This document shows, in pieces, positions 1 to 12,000 of a stretch of DNA of 63,193 nt (positions are counted from its first letter, which is position 1; every line of letters begins with the position of its first letter). The stretch is from Thermoanaerobaculia bacterium (GTDB lineage: Bacteria > Acidobacteriota > Thermoanaerobaculia > Gp7-AA8): NCBI GenBank assembly GCA_036399695.1, contig DASWMP010000008.1, positions 1 to 63,193 of the forward strand, given 5' to 3'. The notes below the pieces were generated by a model. That model was given only the letters and a program-made list of their open reading frames with translations. It made no database searches and was not told where the DNA came from. A program made the position numbers and the translations under genes.

Positions 1-55
1 CACCGCTCTGCTACACGTGTAAAAGAGCGGCGGCTTGCGCCACCGCACTCCAAGA
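1..55. repeat. right half of a family-1 palindromic element, cut by the window edge
   Basis: GCGCCACCGCACTCCAAG (37-54) is the reverse complement of CTTGGAGTGCGGTGGCG at 63163-63179. AGAGCGGCGG (23-32) pairs with CCACCGCTCT at the other window end. The element lies 26 nt downstream of the PKS stop codon (81-83). Confidence 0.8.
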
Positions 56-80
56 CCGCAGGCTCGAAATAGGCGACGCG

Positions 81-3000
81 CTACACCAGCAGCTTCAGCG
101 CTCGAACCGCTTCGGTGGTGTCGAGCGTGTCGTCGCCGATGGCGTTGATGATGTCTTCGATGGACTTCATGTTCGGGTCGAGGGCGAATTCGGTCTCGAG
201 GCGCTGCTCGAGGGCCGACTCGGTGATCCAGTAGCGGTCGCGGGCGAATGGGTAGGTGGGCAGTGGAATGCGTCGCGGCTTGGCGCCGGCGTAGAGGCGC
301 GTCCAGTCGACCGGCTGGCCTTTGACCCACAGCTCGAGGAGCTTCGGGTTGTCGATGACTTCCTGGAGTCCGCCACCGCGGCGGTCTTGACCCGGCTCCA
401 CGCGTCCGCGATACAGACCGTCGATCTCTGTCGCACCGGCATCAAAAGCCGCCAGCTTCCCGGCCAGCTCCTCGGCCGTGCCGACGATGAAGCCGGCGCG
501 TTCTTCCATCGCGTCCCGCCCGATCTGCAGCGTCCAGGCGACGGCTGCGAGATCGACCGGCTGTTCGGCGCCGAGCAGGAGCTCGCGGAGATCGCGTGCG
601 CGCTGGCGCAACTGCTCGGCCGTCCGTGCCGACAGCGGAATGATGAATGAAGCATCGCCCCCGGTCGTCGCGGCTCGCGCCGCCGGGCGATGCTCCTCGA
701 TGACGAGATGCGCGTTGGTGCCGCTGAAGCCGAAGGAGCTGACGGCCGCGCGACGCAGCGAATCGGGCGCGACGTCCCACGGCTTCGTCTCCCGGCTGAT
801 GTAGAAGGGGGAGTTGCCAAAGTCGAAGCGTGAGTTTTCCGACTTTACGTTGAGCGTCGGCACCAGCGTCCGGTGACGCATCGACAGCAGCACCTTCTGC
901 AGGCCGGCAACGCCGGCGGCGGCGGTGGTGTGGCCGATGTTGCTCTTCACCGAGCCGATGGCGCAGAAGTTCTTCCTGGCCGTCTTCTCTTTGAACACCG
1001 TGGCCAGCGCTTCGAGCTCGATCGGGTCGCCGAGCCTCGTGCCGGTGCCGTGGGCCTCGACGTACGTGATGGTGTCGGGATCGATCTCGTGCTTCGCGTA
1101 GAGCTCCCGTTCGAGCTCGATCTGGCTGCTGATGCTGGGCGCGGTGATACCGTTGGTCTTGCCGTCCTGATTGATGCCGGACGCGAGGATGACGCCGTAG
1201 ATGTGGTCCCCGTCGGCCTCCGCGTCTTTGAGGCGCTTGAGCACGAGCGCACCGACGCCTTCGCCGTTCACGATGCCATCCGCCCCGTCGTCGAACGTCT
1301 TGCACTGGCCGGTGGCCGAGAACATCCCCGCCGCGCTCATGGAGACGTACGCCTCCGGGCTGAGCCAGAGACTGACGCCGCCAACAAGGGCCATGTCGAT
1401 CTCACCGCGGGCGAAAGCCTGGCTGGCCAGATGAATGGCCACGAGCGAGGCCGAGCAGGCCGTGTCGACGGAGAGCGCCGGCCCCTTCAGGTTGAGGTAG
1501 TAGGCGATGCGCGCGGCGGCAATGGCGAAGCTGTTACTCGTGACCGGCGCCGAGAGCACGCCATGCTGCAGCAGGAGCGACGTGTAGTCGTTGGTGGAGA
1601 TGCCGAGATAGACACCACACCGTTTGTTGCTGAGCGTCGTGCTGCAGTAGCCGGCGTCTTCGAACGCGCGATAGCTCTCCTGCAGGAACAGCCGGTGCTG
1701 CGGGTCCATGTACTCCGCTTCCTGCGGAGAGATCCGGAAGAAGCGGGCATCGAAGCAATCGACGTCGTCGATCGCCCCCATCCACTTCGAGTACGTCTTC
1801 TCGGCGCGGGTGCGATCCGCGTCGTAGTACCGCTGCATGTCCCAACGGCTTTCCGGCACCTCGGTGATGGCGTTCTTCCCCGCGGCGAGGTTCTCCCAAT
1901 ACTGCTTCAACCCCTCGGCCTTCGGGTAGCGGCCGGACATGCCGACGATGGCGATCCTGTCGTCCGCTGCTGCAGGCGCTGACGAAGACTTGCGAATGCG
2001 CAACCTCTTCGCCGTGCGCGGCTGCGCACTCACGAGCGGCTGAGCGCTGACCACCGGCGCGGCGGCCTCCATGCGCTCAGATACCGCCGGTTCAGGAGCG
2101 GGCGCCGGCATCTTCGCGAGCTCCTGCTCGAGGAACAGCGAGAGCTCGCGAATGGTCGGGTAGTCGTACAGGCGGATGTGCGACAGCTCGGTGCCATACT
2201 TTTTGTTGATGGAGACGACCAGCTCCGCGCCGAGGAACGAGTCGAGGCCGAGATCGACGAGAGGCTGGTCGGCGTCGATTACGGAGGGCTCGATGCGCAG
2301 CACGGTGCCGAGCAGCACTTTCAGTTGCTGCTGCAGCTCCGCGAGAGTGACGGCTGGTGTTGCCGCCGCCGCGCGTTGCGCGGGAGCGGCGGGTGCCGTG
2401 GATGCGGCGGGGGCGAAGATGCGCGCGTTGCGCAGGAAAGCGGCGATCTTCGCCTTCGAACCTTCGGCGATGAGCGTCTGGTCGTGAGGCAGGGCGAGGC
2501 TGCGATAGAACGTCTGCAGGCCGGTGGTGGTCCGCATCGGTTCGATGCCGGTGGTCTGGCGCACCAGCTCCTGGCTCGCGATGTCGAGCTTCATTCCGCC
2601 CGCCTGCCACAACGGCCAGTCGATCGAGCGGGTGCGTCCGTAGCGCTCGCCGGCCGTCACCTGACGATTGCGATACGCGGCGAACTGGTCGAGGAAACCG
2701 TTGGCAGTGGCGTAGTCGGCCTGCCCGGGGTTGCCGAGTGCGCCGGCGATGGAGGAGAAGAGAACGAAGAAGTCGAGCTTCAGGTGGCGTATAGCCGCGT
2801 CGAGGTTGAGTGCGCCCGCGACTTTCGGCGCGAGGACGGCACGAAACTCGGCGCCCGTCTTCTTCACGATCATGTTGTCGGCGAGCATCCCGGCAACGTG
2901 CAGGATGCCGTCGAGGCGGCCGTGCTCCGCGACGAGGAAGGCGATGAGCTGCTGGACTTTGTGATCGTCGCTGAGCTCGACCTGGCGGTAGCTGACCTGC

Positions 3001-6000
3001 CCGGCGTTGGAGGACCAGCCGTCGATGACGGCCTGCTTTTCCGCGCTCCATGCTGAGCGGCCGGTCAACACGATTCGCGCGTTGCGCGTCTGTTCGAGGA
3101 TCTCTTTCGCGAAGAGCGTCCCCAGGGCGCCGAAGCCACCGGTGATCAGGTAGACGCCGCCGTCTTTGAAGGCGACCGGCGGCTGGGCGGCGTCGGCGGC
3201 GAGCTCCTGCCAGCGCAGCACTTCGCGGGTGTCGTTTCCATAGCGGATCACCGGCTCGATCGTCCGCGACTTCTCCCCGTCCAGCCGCCCCGCCAATTCC
3301 GCGGTCGTGGTCTGCGGCGGGACGATCATGAGCTGTCCGGTGAACTGCGGGCTTTCCAGTGCGGCCGTCTTCAACAGCGCGGAGAGGCCAGCGAAGAGTG
3401 CCCCGTCGTGCTCCCCCGACACGACGACGTGCATCAGCACGCGCCCTGCGGGCTTGCGGCTCAGGATGGCCTGCACGTACTCGAAGATTGCGACGGCGTG
3501 GTCGGTGCAACGGGCGGCGACGCTCTGGTGCTCCGCGGCGAGCAGTGACAGGCAATGGCTGTCCGGCAGCAGCGTCTGCAACGTCTCGCTGTCGACGTTC
3601 GGCAGCTCGCAGGAGACGACGTGGTGCTCCCGGTATTCCATGCCGCTCGTCGTGGAGATGGCGACGTCACCCGTCACCCACGCCGGCGCGGCGAACACGC
3701 TCTCAACTTGCGGTGCCGTCGTAGCGGCGGTACCGCGGGCGCGGTGCGCCACGGCCGAAGCCAGCCCCTTCCGCCGCAGCGACGGGTGCAGTCGTGCCGT
3801 GGTCGTGCCGCGAGGGCCACCCTGCTTCGCGGCGGGCGCCTCGATCCAGTAGCGCTCCTTCGCAAACGGGTAGACCGGGAGGCTGATGCGTCGCGGCTTC
3901 GGCTCGTCGTACAGCCGGTTCCACTGGAGCTCGAGCCCTTTCACCCAGAGCTCGAGGAGCTTCGGCAGCTTCTGCTGCGCGAGCAGCCGGTCGACGAGCG
4001 TCTCCTTCATCTCCTCGTCGAGACCGAGCGCGCTCAGGCTGTCGCGGTTGCGCTTCACCTGTCCCTGGTAAACGTCGTCGATGCGCTGCTCGCCATCGGC
4101 GAATGCCTGCAGCTTTGCAGTGAGCTCCTCGATCGTGCTCACGACGAAGCCGGCGCGCTCGTCCATCGGCGACCGGCCGGCCTGCAGCGTGTAGGCGATG
4201 TCGCGCAGCTCGCGTGAGGGCTCTGAGCGGATGAAAGCGATGAGATCGAGCGCCTTCTGCTTCAGTTGTTCGGTGGTCCTGGCGGACAGCGGCACGATGG
4301 TCGTGGCATTCGGCGGGACAGCCGGGAGCGGATGCGCTTCGACGGCCGGCCGGTACTCACCGATGACCATGTGCACGTTCGTCCCGCTGAAGCCGAAGGA
4401 GCTGATGGCCGCCTGACGTTTTCCGTTATCGGCTGCTTTCCACTCCTGCAGGCGCTCGTTGACGAAGAAGGGGCTGTTCGTCAGGTCGATGTGCTCATTG
4501 AGCCGCTCGAAGTTGATGGTCGGCGGCAACTGGCGGTGCTTCAGCGCGAGGATGAGCTTCATGACGCCGGCGATTCCGGCGGCCGTGAGACAGTGGCCGA
4601 TGTTGCTCTTGATCGACCCGAGGGCGCAGTAGGCGTTCTTCTGGGTGTATTTGCCGAAAGCGTTTTTCAGTCCTTCCACCTCGATCGGGTCGCCGAGCTT
4701 CGTGCCGGTGCCGTGCGCCTCGATGAGCTGGATGGCGTTCGGGTCGATGCCGAAGTGGTCGTACACCTCCTGCTCGAGCCGCGTCTGCGCTTCCGCGTTC
4801 GGCGCCGTGATGCCGTTGCTGCGGCCATCCTGGTTGACGCCCCATCCTTCGATGACGCCGTAGATGATGTCGCCGTCGCGCTCGGCGTCGGCCAGGCGCT
4901 TCAGCATCACCACGCCCACACCTTCACCCGGCACGAACCCGTCGGCGCGCTGGTCGAACGTGAAGCACTTGCCTTCGGGCGACAGCATGCCGGCCTGCGC
5001 CGTCTTGATGTGCATCTCCGGCCCGGCCATCACACAGACGCCGCCGGCCAGGGCGAGATCGCTGCCCCCTGAGCTCAACGTGTCGCAGGCCTGGGCGATG
5101 GCCACGAGCGACGACGAGCAGGCCGTATCGATCGCCACGCTGGCGCCCTGCAGGTTCAGGAAGTAGGAGATGCGCGCCGCGAGGATCGACATCGCGCCGC
5201 CGGTGAAGCCCTGCGCGCTCAGTTGGTGCTGGCGGGACAACTGGTGGTAGTCCGTGGCGGCGCAGCCAACGAAGACGCCGCACCGGCTGCCCGACAGCAC
5301 GCGGCTGTCGTACCCGGCGTTCTCGATGGTGTGCCAGCACGCCTGCAGAAAGAGCCTCTGCTGCGGATCCATGCTCTCCGCTTCGGTCGGCGAGATGTTG
5401 AAGAAGAGCGGGTCGAACAGATCGACACCATCGAGCGCCCCGAGCCATTGGCTGTTCGTCTTCCCCGGCACGGCGTCGCCCGGTTGATAGAAGGCGTTCA
5501 GGTCCCACCGGTTCGCCGGGACGGGGGCGATACAGTTCCGGCCGTCGGCGATGTTCTGCCAGAACTCGTCGAGGTTCTTCGCCTGCGGGAACTGCCCGGC
5601 CATGCCGATGACGGCGATTGGCTGCGCGGCCGCGGGTGCGGGCGCGGCGACCGGCTCCACGCGTGTGGCCGCGCGGCGGCGGCGACGCGTCGTGGCGGCG
5701 GCGGCAGGCCGCGGCTTCGCAATCGCGAGTTGCGGGGACGTGCGGCTCACCGGCCCGGCTGGCCTCTCCACGGCCGGGGCTTCGTCGATCGGAGCGGCGG
5801 CGACGCGTGAGAGCGTCCCGTGCTTCTCGGCTTCCTCCCGGACGTGGCGGCTGAGCTGAGTGAGCGTCGGGAAGCTGTAGACCTTCGTCGCTTCGATCGA
5901 GGTCTCGTATTTCTCGTTGATCTTGCGGATCCAGGTGACGCCGCTGATGGAGTCCAGGCCCAGGTCGACGAACTGGGCGTTCTCGTCGATGTCGCTCTCG

Positions 6001-9000
6001 CGCATCTGCAGCTCGTTCGCGAGCAGCGTCCTGAGGCCGGCCGTGACCGTGCGCAGGACGTCGCCGTCGCTGGTGCGAGGTGCGGCCGCGGGTTGCGGCG
6101 GTGCGGGGCGCGGCGGTGCGATGACGGGCGCAGGCTCGGCCTCTTCGTGGAAGTTGCTTTCGATCTGCGCGAGCGTGGCGGCCTGGCCGACGAACGTCTG
6201 TTCGTGCATGGCCACTTCGAGCCGGTACGTTTCCTCGATCGACTCACGGACGCCGGCCGTCAACTGCTGCTTGAGGGCCACGAGCCGTGGCCTGGAAGCG
6301 CGCGCGATCTGCCGGGCCAGGGTCATCGCCGCCGGCGACACGACCTCCGCGCGAGGGAGGATGGGCAACCGCAAACCACGCGCTTTCAGGTCGCTGCCGG
6401 TGTAGTAACGGGCGGTGAACAGGCTCTCTCTGGCCAGGTCCGCCCCCATCTTCGCGGCGAGGATCGCGGTGGCTCCGGCGCCGGGGGTGAAGCCGTAATC
6501 CATGTAGGGGCTGACGTAGCGGCTCTCGTCGCTCAGCAGCACCACGTCGGCGAACATGCCCAGCGTCCAGCCGGCGCCGATGCCGTGTCCCTGCATCGCC
6601 GCGATGACCGGCACCTTGCAGACGAACGGCAACTGGAAGATCTTGAGGTCGGTGAACTTGGCCTTCCCCTGCTGGATGGCCAGGAGGCCGTCTTTGGTGC
6701 CGCCGGACGCAAAGTAGCTGTCGTAGCCGGTGAGGACGACCACCTTGCAGGCGGGCGTGCTCTCGATGCGGGCGAAGACTTCGTTGAGCCCGTCGATGAA
6801 GGCGTCGGAGAACATGTTCTTCGCCTGACGGTCCTCCATCTTCACCACGATGATGCCCTCTTCGTCGACCGTGGCGGTGACGACGTTCGAGCGCAGCACA
6901 ATCGGGCCGGCCGAGGGTGCGGGCTGCTCGGCGGGTTGCTCGACGGGAGCGGGCGTGCTCGCGTCATGTGTCGCGTGACTGACAGGATTGTCCGTCCTCC
7001 ACTCCTGGCCGACGATGGTGGCGGCGGTGTGCTGTTTCCACGCGGCCAGCGTCGTCCGCGGCCATTGCGTCCAGCGCTCGGCAATGGCGATCGCGGCCGG
7101 CAGCACCTGGGGGCGCTCGACGGCTGTCACCGTGCCGGTGCGTTGCGCGAGGACGGCACCGGAGTAGCTCGAGGCGATCAGCAGCAGCTCGCTCGCGGCC
7201 TGGTTCCCGAAGCGGCGGGCGAAGAGCGGCACCGCTGCCGGCAGTGCGTTCGCCGACGAGTAGGAGCCGGTGCGGCTGTAGACGGCCGCCTCGCAGAATT
7301 GAGCCACCAACCAGCCGTTGCCGCTCGCGTTGTCGCTGAGTGCGGCCACGATCGGAACCGGTGAGTCGGCGAGCAGCCGCTGAACGTCGGCCAGCACATC
7401 GCCGGAGACCGGCGGCAGAAATTCAGGATGGCGGCTGGACAGCACGATCGCTTTGCAGGACGCGTCCTGATTCACTTCGGCGAAGACGCCCCTGAGATCG
7501 GCGAGCAGCTCGCGGGCGCTGGCATCGGCGGCCAGCTTCAGGACGAGCACACCGTTGGCCGGCGGGACGAGCTCGACGAAGGTGGTCGCGGTGAGCGCTG
7601 CGATTTCGGATTTCGGATTTGCGATGTCCGGGTTGGTCTGCGGCGCGATGGGCGCAAGGGCGTTGACGTACACCGCGAGCCGTCGCGTCAGGTGCTCCTT
7701 GAGCAGACGGAGCGCATCCCGCGACTTCGACACCAGCGACGCGGCCAGTTGCTCCCCATGCGACTTCACTTCCGCTCCAGCGACGATCGGGAACGTCCAG
7801 CCTTTGGCCCGCAGTTGCTTCGCCGTGGAGGGGCCGGCGACGTACAGCAGGTCGTGTGCATGCGGCTCGCCGAAGCGCTCGGCGAACAGCAGCGCCTCCG
7901 CCGTCGTGGGCAGGAGGCCACTGTCCACATGGGTGAACCCGCACGCCGCCTCCTCGCTGCACACCATGAAGTCGCAGAGCGCCGCGGCCATGAAGGCGGC
8001 GCCGGCGGCATCGCCTTCGAGGACCGCGATGATGGGATACGCGAACGACGCGAGGGCGCGATACAGCCCCTGCTCGATGGCGGAGTTGTAGTCGTCCCTG
8101 CTGCCGGACGTGAAGGCGCGGTCGAGACCTTCGAGCGTCAGGACCTTCAGCGCCGGCTCCGGCTGCACGCGCGCCAGCGCCTGCAGCAGTTGGGGAACGG
8201 CGTCGCTGGATGCGTTGACGCGGATGGTGAATCTGCCGTTGCCCTCGTCGAACAGCCGCACCGAATCGGCGTCCGGTCCGCCCTTGCGGATCGGGAGCGA
8301 CGGCGTCGACAGGGCGATTGGTGCGCGCGCTGCGACGCGCTGCGCACCGACGGCGCCGGGTGCTGCCAGCAAAATCGCGGCGCGCTTCTTCCGCTCCGCC
8401 GGGATGACGGGTTGCTGCTGCGTGGCCAGCACGATCTCCTTGCGTGTCAGAGGCATAACGACCGCGGCCGCGGCCTTGGCTGCAGTCACGACCGGTGCCG
8501 CAACCTCGAACCGGGCCGCCTGCATCGTGACGCCGCGCAGTTGCACCGCGACGTTACCTTGCGGATCGCAGACGTCGATGTCCACGGCGGCGTCGCTCGT
8601 GGAGCGCACCCAGGCCACCATCTCGCTGCTGCACGGCGCCAGGATGCGCAACGTCTCCAGCGCAACCACGGCCGGGCCGCCGAACAGCCGCCCCGCCGCC
8701 TGCAGCGCACCCTCGATCACCGCCGGGTGCAGGACGTAGTCGCTGGTGGTAGCGGCGATGTTCTGCGGGAGTGCGAGCTTCGCCAGAAGCTGGCCGTCAC
8801 CGCCGCCGCCGAGCTGCGCCAGATCGAGCCTCGAGGGCGGCGCTTCGTAGCTCAGCACTCCACGGCCGTGGCAATGCACGGTGTCGCCGCTGTAAATCTC
8901 GTAGTCGATCTCGTCCCGATCGTTCGCAACCAGGGCGATGCTGACAGGCTGGTTCCCGGTCACGACGACCGGCTCCGACCAGACGTGCTCCCGCAGTTCC

Positions 9001-12000
9001 AGCATCGCCGACGCACACCACGCCGGGAACGCGTCAGCGATCGCCGCCCGCGCCATCTCCAGATACGCGGCGGAGGCAAGCCGTCTCGCACCGTGAGATC
9101 CCTCGAGGAAGAGCTCCTCCCCCGTGAAGGTCGAGCTGTAGCGCTGCTCGTTCAGATCGGACGTGTTGCTGTGCACCAGCGGATGCACGAACCCGCTCGC
9201 AACCTGTGTGGCCGCCACCTCACGAACAGCAGGCAGCTCCAGCCAGCAGCGTTCCTTCGCGAACGGATACACCGGCAGGCTCACGCGCGACGGCCTGGTC
9301 TCGCCGTAAAGCTTCGTCCAGTCCAGCTCCAGCCCTTTGACCCAGAGGTCGAGCAGCTTGCTGAACTTCCGATTGGCGATCCACTTGTCGACGGTCTGCT
9401 GCAGATCGGTGTCGGTACTGAAGGCGGACAGCGACTCGTTTTTCCGTTTCGCCTGCCCCTGATAAGCGCCGTCGATCCCCTGCTCGCCGGCCACATACGC
9501 GCGCAGCTTCTCGACCAGCTCTTCGGGCGAGCTCACGACGAAGCCGAGACGCTCGTCCATCGCTTCGCGGCCGGCCTGGAGCGTGTACGCCGTGGCCACG
9601 AGGTCGAGAGTGCTCAGGCGCGGGCGGACGAAGTCCAGCAGGTCCTGCGCTTTCTGTAGCAGTTGCTCGGGCGTCCTCGCCGAGAGCAGGATGGCCACGT
9701 TGCCACCCGCGGCCGGCTGGGCGGCCGGCGCCGCATACTCCTCGATGAGCAGGTGGGCGTTCGAGCCGCCGGCGCCGAACGACGAGAGGCCGGCGATGCG
9801 CGGCAACTGACGGCCGTCGATGACCGGCGGCTCCCACGACCTCAGCTCCTGATTGACGACGAAGGGGGTGCTCTCGAACTCGATGTGCGGGTTCAACTGC
9901 GCCGAGTGGAGCGACGGCACGAGCTGCCGGTGCTGCATCTGCAGCAGGATCTTGGTGAGGCCCGCGATGCCCGCGGCCGATTCGCAGTGGCCGATGTTCG
10001 ACTTGGCAGAGCCGATGAGGCAGAAGCCGGTGTCCTTCGTGTAGTGCTGGAAGGCGCGGGTGAGCGCGGCGATCTCGATCGGGTCGCCGAGCTTCGTCCC
10101 GGTGCCGTGCGCTTCGATGTAGCTGACGTGCCGGGCGTCGGTCTTCGATTCCGCCAGGGCCCGGCCGATGGCGCTGGCCTGCGCCTGCGGGTTCGGGACG
10201 GTGTAGCCGTTCGTCTTGCCGCCGTGATTGAGGGCGCTGCCGCGGATCACGCCGTAGATGTGGTCGCCGTCGCGCTTCGCGTCGGACAGCCGCTTGAGCA
10301 CGACCACGCCGACGCCCTCGCCCGGGATGTAGCCGTCGCCCCCTTCGCCGAAGCTCTGGCAGTGGCCGTCGCTGGAGATGAACTGCCCCGCGCTCAGCAC
10401 GAGGTACTTGTTCGGATGGATGCTGACGTTGACGCCGCCCGCGAGCGCGAGGCTGGTGCGCCCGAGCTTCAGGTCCTGACAGGCTACGTGGATCGCCGTC
10501 AGCGACGAGGAGCACATGGTGTCGAGCGTCATGCTCGGGCCGTGCAGGTTCAGCGCGTACGACACGCGGTTGGCGATGCTCGCCGCGCTTCCGGCCACTC
10601 CGATCCTCGTCCCGAGCGCGCTGGCCTCGGCTCCGAACAACTGATACTCGCTGTACATCACGCCGGCGTACACGCCGACCTGACCGGCGAGGTCGTCGTT
10701 CTGCGGCACCTGAAGGGTGGCACGGGTGTAACCGGCGTCTTCGATGGCCATCCAGGCGTGCTGCAGGAAGAGCCGCTCCTGCGGATCGATCTGCTTCGCT
10801 TCCTTCGGCGAGATGTTGAAGAAGAGCGCGTCGAACTCGTCGACACCGGCGATGAAGCCGCCCCACTTACTGTAGTGATGGCCCCCTTCCGTGCGGTCCT
10901 CACTAAAGTAGGCGCGCCAGTCCCAGCGCGACTTCGGGACTTCGGTGATGCAGTCCCTGCCGTCGCGGAGGTTGTTCCAGTAGGCCGCGAGATCGACGGC
11001 CTCCGGATAGCGGCCGCTCAGGCCGATGATGGCGATGGGCTCATCGTGAGAGGCGGCGGCTTGCGCCGGGCGCCTGACGGCGGAGCGGCCGTGCCGGCGG
11101 GGCAGCCGCTCGATGGGACCGATAGGACCGATGGGACCAATGGGACTAATGGGACTGATGGGGCTCTGCTCTTTGGCGGCAGGTGCTGCCACCAGCGCCG
11201 AGAGGCGCGCGGCGTGGGCCTGCGCAAAGTAGCGCGTCAGCTCGGCCATCGTGCGGTACTCGAAGAACAGCGTCTTCGGAAGTGAGCCGAACGTCTGTTC
11301 CAACTGGGTCGTGAGCTTGAGCGCGAGGATCGAGTCGATGCCGTACTTTTCCCACGGGGCCTCGGGGTCGATGCGATGGGCCGGTACCTTCAGCAGCCCG
11401 GCCAGTTCCTTGCGCAGGTACTCCTGCGTCTTCTCCGCGAGGCCATCGGCTGAGACAGCGACGGCCGATGCCGGCGTTGCGGCTTCGACCGGACGCTCGG
11501 CGCTCCCGAAGAGGAACGCACGCAGCCGCGCCGTATCTCCTTCGGCGACGAGCACCTGGTCGTGCGCCAGCGCCAGGCTGTGATGGAACGCCTGCAGTCC
11601 GGTGGCGGACTGCATCGGCTGTACGCCCATCGTGCGCTCCAGCACTTCCTGCGTGGCCGCGTCGATGCGCATCCCGCCGGCCTGCCAGAGCGGCCAGTTG
11701 ATCGAGCGCGTGCGGCCGTGGCGTTCGCCCGCCGCCACCTGCCGGTTGCGATGGGCGGCGAAGTGATCGAGGAAGGCGTTCGCTGCCGCGTAGTCGGCCT
11801 GCCCGACGTTGCCGATGGCACCGGCGAACGAGGAGAAGAGGACGAAGAAGTCGAGCTGAAGGTGGCGGCTGGCGTGGTCGAGATGGCAGGTACCGGTGAC
11901 TTTCGGGCCGAGGACTTCGGCGAATTCGCCGGCGGACTTTCTGAGGATGAAGTTGTCGGCGACGCGGCCGGCGCAGTGCAGGATGCCGTCGAGGCTCCCG

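Noticed and set aside
11112-11165. Collagen-like or structural GPI/PMG repeat domains
   Set aside because: The tracts are only 3-6 tripeptides long and sit in interdomain linkers. The same DNA motif gives different peptides depending on orientation and frame.
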